Assembly (NCBI GenBank): GCA_949358305.1
Contig: OX442314.1
Location: forward strand, 19,592,001 to 19,656,000
Source: Strigamia acuminata
Taxonomy: Eukaryota
Reading direction: 5' to 3'
Length of the DNA stretch: 64,000 nt
Part shown: in pieces, positions 36,556 through 48,068 of the stretch
How the letters are laid out: each line of letters starts with the position of its first letter
Position numbering within the stretch: position 1 is the stretch's first letter
Program-made: the position numbers and the translations under genes
Notes under the pieces: generated by a model
Seen by the model: the letters and a program-made list of their open reading frames with translations, nothing else
Told to the model about the DNA's origin: nothing
Databases searched by the model: none

Positions 36556-39500
36556 TACGGTCGACGGCGATTCGCATGCGCTATCCGCTGCATCAAACCC
36601 CAAATACCGATAAAAAATCGCTGAAAACACTAATCCCGACCCAAAAACCGCCAAAATTACCCTCAACACACGCAACAACCTTCCACCACTTAAATTACAC
36701 CGGAAAAAAACAATTTCAAACCGAAAAATCAACAAAAAAGGCCAAAAAAATATTGCAAACAAAGAGAAAAGATCAATTATCGAGGCAAATCCCCACCACA
36801 AAACAACGCATCGCCGGTATACACTTAAGCGTACAGTGCACAACACTACTGTTTATTTTCAATGATCCAATAAATAAAATTTGAAACAAAGTTGAGTGGA
36901 ATTGTACGTTTCTTGTATATTAAAGTTTTTATTTTGTTTGTTTACACTTAATTTTTTTTTTCCATCATAGAATGGCGACTCGATACTTTTGTAGCTCGAA
37001 TTCACTTCGTAAACGTGGTCGGTGTTCATCACGCGTCAATGCGCTCGTGCAATAGTATAGGCGCGCATACAATTTGATGCGCGCAAAACTTGCAAAACTT
37101 GCACGGAATTTGGGCAATTTTTGACAAATTTCAGCAGATTTTTGCCTGTATTTGACAAATTTCAGAAGATTTTTGCCTATATTTGACAAATTTCAGAAGA
37201 TTTCCTCAATCCTCAAACATTTGCTGAAATTTCTCATAAAATTTCTAAAATTAATTGAAATTTGTCTGAAATTTGTCTGGAATTTGTCAAATATTGTCAA
37301 AAATCCGTGGAAATTTGTCAAATACTGGCAAAAATCCATGTAAATTTGTCAAAAATTGCCATAATTCGGTGCAAATTGTGTTAGATATTGGAAAAATTTA
37401 TTTTAACGCTTCCAACGCGCCAGTAAATCGCGCGTGCACACGCATGGATTTTTCGTCATAGTTGGATGCGCGCAAACCTCACGTAACTTGCGCCAAAATT
37501 TGGCAATTTTTGACAAATTTCAGCAGATTTTTGCCAGTATTTGACAAATTTCCACTGATTTTTGACAATATTTGACCCAACAACTGCGCCACGTTCCAGG
37601 CGCCGGTTTAGGCATTTTAGACCCGTTTTAGACCGTTTTAGATGGCGAAAACGTTCTCTCCATCATTTTCTACCCCTGGGTGAGGTTTTCAGCGTTCATG
37701 ATTGATGAAAAAGCTGTTTTCTAACTAGCTGTCCCATTGCTAGTTTTGGCGTCAGGTTTTAGCAACCTTCCGATCCGACTCTGTCGTCTGCACGACCTCC
37801 AAGACTGTTTTAGGGTTAATTTGAGTCAAATAATTCATTCTGGGGGTTGTTTTGGGTTTTTTACAAGTGTGTTTTTGTAGTTTTTATTGGTTTCAAACAT
37901 TGTCAATTCTTTATACAAGTGTAACTTTCATTTCTCTGTATTTTGAGAACTTTGCATTGCAGCAAAGTTCATTTCTTGCCCCTTAATTATTGTGTAATTG
38001 TTGGTTTTCAAGCCCGTTTTTTAACAATAACTTTATTTGAAGTGCCTATTGTTTCAGGCACGTGCTTCCACGTGCCTTTTATTGTTGAGCAATTTCTTGG
38101 GCAGTTGCGCTCCTGTTGCTAGCATTGCCGCGCGTTCTCCGCGCGTGTACTCGCGCGTTTCGCATCACACACATTCGGGTTCGATGGCCTATCGCGGCGG
38201 CACATTGTGTGGCATAGCGCGGCACGTTGCAATTACGTGACGTGGCACGTTGCTGTTACGTGACGCGATAGCCAGTATTTAAGCAGGGGATTCCATCATC
38301 GTTTACACAAATGCGCATTGCAACGTGGAGGCGCATTCGAGTCCTTTTCCCAAGCGAAATCGTATTCGATTCGCTTTCGAATCGAATACGAGTTTTGTCC
38401 TTTTTCAACGCGAAATCGTATTCGATTCGCTTTCGAATCGTATACGAGATGGTCGATGATTTTTGTTTCCCGGACTTTGATTCGTATTCGAGTTGTTACG
38501 AGTTCGTATTTTGATCGTATTCGTATTCGAATCGAATTCGAATCGTATTCGAATCGAATACGAATCGAATTCGAGTCGTATTCGAGATGGTCGATGATTT
38601 CCACTCGCTCGTATACGCGTTGTATACGAGCTCGTATTTTGATCGTAATCGTAAACGAATCGTTTACAAGTCGTATACAAGTTGTATACGACGTGTATAC
38701 ACCTCGTATACGAACGAAGTTTGGAAAATCCACCGGATACTTACTACGACATGAAAACACATAGTAGTCACATACGTCTTATTTGGAAATTGTGTTTTCA
38801 CAAACTTCGTTCGTATACGAGGTGTATACACGTCGTATACAACTTGTATACGACTTGTAAACGATTTGTTTACGATTACGATCAAAATACGAGCTCGTAT
38901 ACAACGCGTATACGAGCGAGTGGAAATCATCGACCATCTCGAATACGACTCGAATTCGATTCGTATTCGATTCGAATACGATTCGAATTCGATTCGAATA
39001 CGAATACGATCAAAATACGAACTCGTAACAACTCGAATACGAATCAAAGTCCGGGAAACAAAAATCATCGACCATCTCGTATACGATTCGAAAGCGAATC
39101 GAATACGATTTCGCGTTGAAAAAGGACAAAACTCGTATTCGATTCGAAAGCGAATCGAATACGATTTCGCTTGGGAAAAGGACTCGAATGCGCCTCCACG
39201 TTGCAATGCGCATTTGTGTAAACGATGATGGAATCCCCTGCTTAAATACTGGCTATCGCGTCACGTAACAGCAACGTGCCACGTCACGTAATTGCAACGT
39301 GCCGCGCTATGCCACACAATGTGCCGCCGCGATAGGCCATCGAACCCGAATGTGTGTGATGCGAAACGCGCGAGTACACGCGCGGAGAACGCGCGGCAAT
39401 GCTAGCAACAGGAGCGCAACTGCCCAAGAAATTGCTCAACAATAAAAGGCACGTGGAAGCACGTGCCTGAAACAATAGGCACTTCAAATAAAGTTATTGT

Positions 39501-40966
39501 TAAAAAACGGGCTTGAAAACCAACAATTACACAATAATTAAGGGGCAAGAAATGAACTTTGCTGCAATGCAAAGTTCTCAAAATACAGAGAAATGAAAGT
39601 TACACTTGTATAAAGAATTGACAATGTTTGAAACCAATAAAAACTACAAAAACACACTTGTAAAAAACCCAAAACAACCCCCAGAATGAATTATTTGACT
39701 CAAATTAACCCTAAAACAGTCTTGGAGGTCGTGCAGACGACAGAGTCGGATCGGAAGGTTGCTAAAACCTGACGCCAAAACTAGCAATGGGACAGCTAGT
39801 TAGAAAACAGCTTTTTCATCAATCATGAACGCTGAAAACCTCACCCAGGGGTAGAAAATGATGGAGAGAACGTTTTCGCCATCTAAAACGGTCTAAAACG
39901 GGTCTAAAATGCCTAAACCGGCGCCTGGAACGTGGCGCAGTTGTTGGGTCAAATATTGTCAAAAATCAGTGGAAATTTGTCAAATACTGGCAAAAATCTG
40001 CTGAAATTTGTCAAAAATTGCCAAATTTTGGCGCAAGTTACGTGAGGTTTGCGCGCATCCAACTATGACGAAAAATCCATGCGTGTGCACGCGCGATTTA
40101 CTGGCGCGTTGGAAGCGTTAAAATAAATTTTTCCAATATCTAACACAATTTGCACCGAATTATGGCAATTTTTGACAAATTTACATGGATTTTTGCCAGT
40201 ATTTGACAAATTTCCACGGATTTTTGACAATATTTGACAAATTCCAGACAAATTTCAGACAAATTTCAATTAATTTTAGAAATTTTATGAGAAATTTCAG
40301 CAAATGTTTGAGGATTGAGGAAATCTTCTGAAATTTGTCAAATATAGGCAAAAATCTTCTGAAATTTGTCAAATACAGGCAAAAATCTGCTGAAATTTGT
40401 CAAAAATTGCCCAAATTCCGTGCAAGTTTTGCAAGTTTTGCGCGCATCAAATCGTATGCGCGCCTATACTATTGCACGAGCGCATTGACGCGTGATGAAC
40501 ACCGACCACGTTTACGAAGTGAATTCGAGCTACAAAAGTATCGAGTCGCCATTCTATGATGGAAAAAAAAAATTAAGTGTAAACAAACAAAATAAAAACT
40601 TTAATATACAAGAAACGTACAATTCCACTCAACTTTGTTTCAAATTTTATTTATTGGATCATTGAAAATAAACAGTAGTGTTGTGCACTGTACGCTTAAG
40701 TGTATACCGGCGATGCGTTGTTTTGTGGTGGGGATTTGCCTCGATAATTGATCTTTTCTCTTTGTTTGCAATATTTTTTTGGCCTTTTTTGTTGATTTTT
40801 CGGTTTGAAATTGTTTTTTTCCGGTGTAATTTAAGTGGTGGAAGGTTGTTGGCGTGTGTTGAGGGTAATTTTGGCGGTTTTTGGGTCGGGATTAGTGTTT
40901 TCTGCGATTTTTTATCGGTATTTGGGGTAACGCATGCGAATCGCCGTCGATGCGTCGACCGTAGCA
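36556..40966. repeat. About 4.4-kb near-perfect palindrome (arms about 2.15 kb, spacer 38724-38800)
   Basis: Mirror-image ORF pairs sum to 77524 (36965/40559, 38037/39487); only a few mismatches seen. Confidence 0.93.
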
Positions 40967-41182
40967 AGTGTGGTTGAAGTGATTTCGTTCATTCGTTATT
41001 TTAATGAAAATTAGGTATTTATTGTGACCACACGAGCACGTAGCAAGTGCGCGCGCAAGTTAAATGTGTAGAGGCCTGTGAGAAAATAAAACGTGCGTGG
41101 AAGCGGCGTAAATATTCTTTGGTGACTGCCATGGGTTTGTGCTTTGTCGTGGGCGCGATATGTCTGCGATATATATATGCGT

Positions 41183-41574
41183 TAGGGATGAGAACGGGAC
41201 CAATTTTCGGGTCCCGACCCGTCCCGGGTCCATTACGTTAGCGTAATACGCGCGTATGATTGCATAATTGAAATAAATCAGTATTAAGCCTAATATTAGG
41301 CCTAATAATGCTAAAATAAAGTAAAGAAACAACAATATTTTGGTCATACAGTGTAATTTACTTTTAATAATGAGTTTGTTGTTGTTGTTTATTTACTTTA
41401 TTTTAGCATTATCAGGCTCAATATTAGGCTTAATAGTGATAAATAACAACTGGAATTAGAAAATTGTCTCCGCCTCGCAGTACGAATTTAGCAACTGTAA
41501 TCCCGTCCCGTCCCGTATCCGCATAGGGCAAACATTACCAGTCCAGTCCCTATCCCGGTCTGTTCTTATCCCTA
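41183..41574. mobile_element. hAT-type MITE, 392 bp
   Basis: TIRs TAGGGATGAGAAC / GTTCTTATCCCTA; perfect 8-bp TSD ATATGCGT; CCCGT subterminal repeats. Confidence 0.88.
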
Positions 41575-42048
41575 ATATGCGTGATGTAGCGCGTTTGCGC
41601 GCGCGATCTAGTGCGTTTGAGCGCGCGATGTAGCACCTTGAGCGTGTCCAAATGTGTACAGGTGCTCAAAAGATGTGCGAGGGCTTCACGTGCATACACG
41701 AAGCATAAACGTGAAGAAAACAGCAGAAGCAGTTGTGTGTGATATTTATAAAACCACATCACACAAGGGAATACTACTAATGATACAAAAAGCAATAAAC
41801 TTTATGAATATTGAAATAAACTTACAAAATGGTGGAAAAAACATGGCGTACTGCCTTGAATATATGCCGGGATGTTATCAATCTTCCGGGCCCCATGTGT
41901 GTTTGATTTTAGTCCTAATTTTGGTGTATTTTTTTTTTTTTTGCCTTGGTTTTTCTCGTTTCTTGGAGAGTGCTGAGGCATGCCGAGGTGTTCTCGGGCG
42001 TGTGCGCCTGTTGAAGATCGAGCGTTTCATATTTTGTGTTTAATAAGC

Positions 42049-45000
42049 CTACCGTGGTGCCTCGAGCGTTTATTAATTTCTCCACTCGAGGCACTTCACT
42101 AACACCTCCCCGGTGTTTAAACGAGTAGCGGCGCTTATTTGACCCCGGTGTTTACTGTTTAAAATTGTCGTGTGTTTTCAAAGTTCTTAATTTGTTTAAA
42201 AGCAAACAAAATGGATATTTGTTAATTTTTATTTGATTTTATCAATTTCTATTGGTTTCTTGCTGATTTTTAATCGGTTTTTCTCTATTTGTGACAATTT
42301 TTGCCAATTTTAATCGTTATTTGTCATTCTGAATTGATTATTGTCCGATTTCAGTCGATTTTTGTTGATTTTTAATCATGTTTGTTCGTTTTTAATCAAT
42401 TTTTGTCCCATGCCTTACGATCAGTTCGAATAATTGACACCATACTGTGCTGTTACTCGTATTCAAGATGGCGTCGCAAACTCAAGGCCGAATTCCGCTG
42501 ATTTCATTTATTGCGACTGTTTGCGCTCCATACGTGTGAAAAGGATTATGGGAAAAATCCTCAATGCAGGCCATTTTGGTGTTAAATGAGCGAGGAAGGC
42601 AGGAGATGAGAAAAATTTGTAAAATTTCAAAAAAAAGCTAAACAATCAAAATTTACATGAAGATCAATATTTCTGGCTCGAAATGCATGTATCAGCAATT
42701 TCGGGATATTTTCGGGGTGAAATTGACTCGTTCGGAACACTGGGAAGGAACCCCACCCCGCATTCCCCATGCGTCGGCGCGCGCGTAGACGAAAATTCAA
42801 ATCCAGGTGTTCAGACGGCCCCACGTTATTTTCGGGTTCCAAGTTGGGTTTCACAAATGTACCGTATTGCCTCGAATAAACGCCGGGACGTTTATTAAAC
42901 TTCTCGTGTGTGTTTAATTTTGATCCGCATTTAACTGTTTTTTTTTTCACCGAAAGTTACTTCATTTTTTATTAACATGGAAAAAGAATGAACCTTTACA
43001 AAATACTAATAATAACGTTATAATAAGCAGTTACAATTGAAATTAAAACAACATTTTTTTTTTAATTAGAAACCAAAGCAGAATCATCCCTAAATTCTGA
43101 CACGGCGTTGTCAAACAAACAGTTGGCGCCAAAACGAGAAATTAGGCAACAAAACATTTTGAATGCTACAAAAACACATTAAATAACCATAAAACAAATA
43201 AAAATAAATACAACAGCTAAACCAAATTGTAATAAACAAGACAGCAAAGTGTGGGAGTGAGTGACAACGCCAAAAAAACGCCCGAAAACGCCCCAAGAAC
43301 GCACCAAAACGCCCCAAGAACGCACCAAAACGCCAGATAACCGTGCAACTTGAGGCAAAAAACATGCGAACATAATTTTTTGCTTTGAGTGGCACGATTT
43401 TCAGGCTTTTTGGAGCATTTTGAAGCGTTTTGGGGCGTTTTAGAACGTTTTTGCTTATTTTTTAGCATTCTCATGCGAGCTCGCGCGTGCAGGCGAGAAA
43501 AAAACAAACTTATTTCTTCAAGAGTTAAAAAAAAAATAACCCTAACCAGGAAATTACTGTAAAAACAACGGCTTGCCTCGAATAAACGCCGGGGCGTTTA
43601 CTAATTTTCAAGACTGGAAGTGAGGCGAGATGTTGTTTGCTTTATTTGTTAAAACAAATTAGGCGTCACTAATTCACCTGTATTAGGGTTTCGGTTCTGA
43701 GAAACCGGACGAGGAGTCACAATAACGGGACACGGGAAATTTCAAAACTTACCGGTTCCGTCAAAACGCCATTGAAACGTTACATTTTTATAGCGTGTCA
43801 ATGATAAAAATGGTCATTTTGGATGAAAAACGGCCATTTTGGATGAAAAATGGCCATTTTTACTATAAAAAATGGCTGAAAATGGCCATTTTTACTATGA
43901 CAAATGGCTGAAAATGGCCATTTTAATAAAAAAAGGCCATTTTTACTTCGAAAATTGGCTAAAAATGGCCACTTGAGTGAGTGACAACGCCAAAAAACGC
44001 GTGCAAACGCCTGCGAACGCCCCAAAACGCCCCAAAACGCCAGATGACAATGCAACTTGAGGCATAAAACTTGAAAACACAATTTTAAACGTCACAAAAG
44101 TTGAAACAAAGATGAAAAATTAATTTTTTGCCTCAAGTTGCGCGATTTTCAGGTCTTTTGGAGTGTTTTTGAGCATTTTTTGGCGTTCTCAGCGGCGTGT
44201 TTGCCTCAAATAAACGCCGGTTTAAACAAAAAATGACGTCATTTTTGGTTTAAAATTGAAGTAAAACACAAAATATTTTAGTTTTTAAATGCAACTGGTC
44301 TAAATTTTGTCAAATGTTGTCATACTTCTTGAAAGTCATCATTTATTGATAAAAAATTTGAAAATTTACCTAATTGTAGCATGTATTTGTGGTTAGTTTT
44401 GATTTGAATTCAAACTGTAATTTTTTGCTTCGAGTTGCGCGATTTTCAGGCGTTTTGGGGCGTTTTTGAGCTTTTTTTGGCGTCCTCAGGCGAGCTCGCG
44501 CGTGCACGTCACAAGTAACCCTAATCAGGAAAGAACCTACAAAAACTATGGCTTGCCTCGCATAAACGCCGGGGCGTTTATTCATTTTCAAAAAGACAAA
44601 TGAAATGGATAAATAAAGAAATTAGCGGGGAAATCCAACATGGCGCCCACTTCAAATCCGCTAGAGCGGCAAAACACGACATTTGAATTTCAACACAAGA
44701 ATAAAATCAAGAATACACACTGTATTGAATAAAATAACATTAGGAAATGTAATTTCCTACAACAAAAGCACTATTTATTAAAAGAACACTTGAAAATAAT
44801 CGTTTGCCGAACGGAATGAACTCGGTCAGCAGCGCACAAGTGCGTACCGACAACAAACGCTCGAAACGACAAAACGACCGTTCCGGGACAAAAATAAAGC
44901 AAACCAATCGACAGATCACCCCCAAATTAGTCTAAATCAATTCTAAAACCTATCCATAACACAAGAATAAGGTCCAAACAAAAGGTTAGAAGTTTGAACA

Positions 45001-47090
45001 CAACCGAACTAGATTAAGAAATATGACGTCACGCGTCTTACGCAAGTGATCTGTAAATCGACGGATGCACTAAAAATCATCCAAAATCACACAAAATGAG
45101 CAAGAATTAAAGAAATAAGACACAGAGAAGTAATAAAACTTTAAATAGCAATGAATAAAGATAATATCAATATCATAGACACTAAAATTCATGAAAACAC
45201 TGTAACTTTTAATAAATCACAAAAAATGAAAGTTTAATATGTAAAAATATCTAAAAAGCTGAAATTCAAGAAAAGCAAAAATTAAAGACACTTTGTTAAC
45301 TTTAATTAAGACAATAAATGACATAAAATCCGGACACAACAATTATTCCATTTTGGATGAAAAACGGCCCTTTTGGATGAAAAACGGCCATTTTGGATGA
45401 AAAACGGCTAAAAATGACCATTTTTCTATGAAAAATGGGTAAAAATGGCTAAAAATGGCTATTTGATTGAATGACAACGCCAAAAAACGCCCAAGAACGC
45501 CCGCAAATGCCTAAAAATGCCTAAAAACGCCCCAAAACGCAAAATGACAATGCAACTTGAGGCAAAAAACATGAGAACACAATTGTAAACGTTACAAAAG
45601 TTGAAACAAAAATAAACAATTAATGTTTTGCCTCGAGTTGCACGATTTTCAGGCGTTTTGGAGTATTTTTTGGCGTTCTCAGGCGTACTCGCGCGTACAC
45701 GTCACTGCCGAGTAAAAAAAACATACTTATTTCTTCAAGAGTTAAAAAGGAAGTAACCCTAATCAGGAAAAAAAATGCAAAAACAATGGCTTGCCTCGAA
45801 CAAACGCCAGAAGTGAGGCGAGATGTTGTTTGCTTTATTTATTAAATCAAATTAGGCGTTGCTAATTCACCTGTATCTCTTAGTTCGACGTAAGAACACG
45901 CGCTTTTTTTAAAATGAAAGCCCAAGTTGGGTTTCATAAACGTACCGTATTGCCTTGAATAAAAGCCGGGGTGTTTATTAATTTTTAAGACCAGAAACGA
46001 GGCGAGATCACGACTCAAGATTAAGCGAGAAGAAATAAACGTGTTTCTTCTAAAGGAAGTAACCCTAATCAGGAAAAACTTACATAAACAATGGTTTGCC
46101 TTGAATAAACGCCGGGGCGTTTATAAATTTTCAAGACGGGAGGCAAGGTGAGATGATGATGCGGTGCGACGCGAATAAAAGCCCAAGTTGGGTGTTGCCT
46201 CGAATAAACGCCGGGGCGTTTATTAATTTTCAAAACCGGAAATGAGGCGAGATCAAAACGCCATTGAAACGTTACATTTTAATAACGTTTCAACGATAAA
46301 AACGGCCATTTTTGATTAAAAAAACGACTAAAAATGGCCATTTTACTATAAAAACGGTGAAAAAAAAACATTTTTACTCTGAAAAATGGCTAAAAATGGC
46401 CATTTTGACGAAAAACGGCCATTTTTACTACGGAAAATGCTAAAATTGGCCACTTGAGTGAGTGACAACGCCAAAAAACGCCTGCGAACGCCTGCGAACA
46501 CATAAAAACACTCCAAAACGCCAGATGACAATGCAACTTGAGGCAAAAAACATGAGAACACAATTTTAAACGTCACAAAAGTTGAAATAAAGATGAAAAA
46601 TTAATGTTTTGCCTCGAGTTGCGCGATTTTCAGGCGTTTTTGAGCGTTTTTTAGCATTTTTTGGCGTTCTCAGGCGTGCTCGTGTGTACACGTCACTGCC
46701 GAAGAAAAAAACAAACTTATTTCTTTTAGTTAAAATGTATTTCAAGCTTTAACAGGGGTTTAAACAGAAAATGACATCATTTTTAGTTTAAAATTGAAGT
46801 AAAACACAAAATATTTTAGTTTTTGAATGCAACTGATCCACGTTATGTCAAATGTTTCCATTACTTCTTGAAAGCCAAAAAATTTGAAAATTTAGCTAAT
46901 TTCAGCATGTATTTGTAGCTAGTTTTGATTTGAATACACACTGTAATGTTTTGCCTCGAGTTGCGCGATTTTCAGGCGTTTTGGGACGTTTTGGAGCAAA
47001 AAAAACAAACTTAATTCTTCAAGAGTTAAAAAGGAAGTAATCCTAATCAGGAAAAGCCCACAAAAAACAATGCAAGATCACGCGGTACGA
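42049..47090. repeat. Complex modular repeat region with Tc1/mariner-like terminal motif
   Basis: About eight variants of GCCTCGAATAAACGCCGGGGCGTTTA, two preceded by TACCGTATT (42860, 45943); AAAATGGCCATTTT minisatellites; block about 43765-44550 repeated at about 46255-47075. Confidence 0.65.
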
Positions 47091-48068
47091 CGCACGGACT
47101 CCCAGCGCACGGAATGCACGGACTTTCTGTGGACTTCCCGTGCACGGAAGACCGGCGCGGACATTTCCATTGGAGACCAGCGCAGAATTACCTACAGGCA
47201 ATTCCGAATCAAAGGCTTCTTTATGGTTTATACATTACTTTGCAGTAGGTATGCCTGGCCTTGATTTGAAAGTGCAGTAAATTCTGCTGAATGCAGTGTT
47301 TTAAACTCGCAGCAATTGCGATGGTGCCAACTATTGGAAAATAAATTTAAAATGTAAAACCAAAGAATTTGTAAAAAAAATTTGTTTTAATCAATTGCAA
47401 TAATGATATTCTACTTAATTGTTGGATTATGAAACGTGAAACCAATCCCATGATTAGGAAATATAAATTTTATTAAATTCATCGTGTATCTCACATCTCA
47501 CATTCACTGCCATTTACTTAGTGTCATCCAAAAATCAGGTTTTATCAAATCCTGAGGTTATTCTAGTACGTCTTAACTGCCCGGCAGGTCGCGCAACCTG
47601 TGGAGCAACAATTGATGTAAATAGTGCAAGCAGCACGCACGGGAAAGTGCGCACTGATGGGTCCATGCCAGTGCAAGTACATTGGGTAATGTATTATTGC
47701 GAGCGCGCGTGTTTTCACACGATTACAATGTGCTGATTAAACCAACAGCATTATAGAAGCATTATAGACTGATTATATTGTATAATTTTTATTTTAACAA
47801 AACCCTGAATTTCATTTCTAATCGGTTTTTTTTTTATTGACGCGCACAGAAGCGTTGTAGCATGTTCACACAATGTGGAATTTGCAAATTTGAGAAAGCG
47901 GCTTTCCCAAGGTTGATAAAACGCGCGCGATCGTGCGGAATATACAAATAAGTGAAATCCGCAAAATCAGCCATGAGACTGCGAACAGGGGGTCAAGGTA
48001 TAGGCCGCCGTAATGTTAAAAATAGGGTCCCTTTCGCACTCCGAGAAATCCGCATGCGCGCCATAAGG

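Larger units (their letters stand above)
29186..48068. mobile_element. 18.9-kb non-coding composite DNA-transposon-like insertion (piggyBac-like ends)
   Basis: CTAA on both sides (29182-29185, 48069-48072); ends CCTTTTCGCG / CGCCATAAGG are an 8/10 inverted match; precise removal restores pol. Boundaries firm, superfamily tentative. Confidence 0.7.

Noticed and set aside
36364..40977. Mirror-image ORF pairs
   Set aside because: By-products of the palindrome with no recognisable domains.
47521..47736. Possible exon of a transposase (CPAGRATC)
   Set aside because: No catalytic motif or supporting neighbouring exons.
47952..48068. N-terminal 39 codons of the 1245-aa ORF, and the tail of ORF 28375-29301 after 29185
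   Set aside because: Read-through into the inserted element, not real pol sequence.
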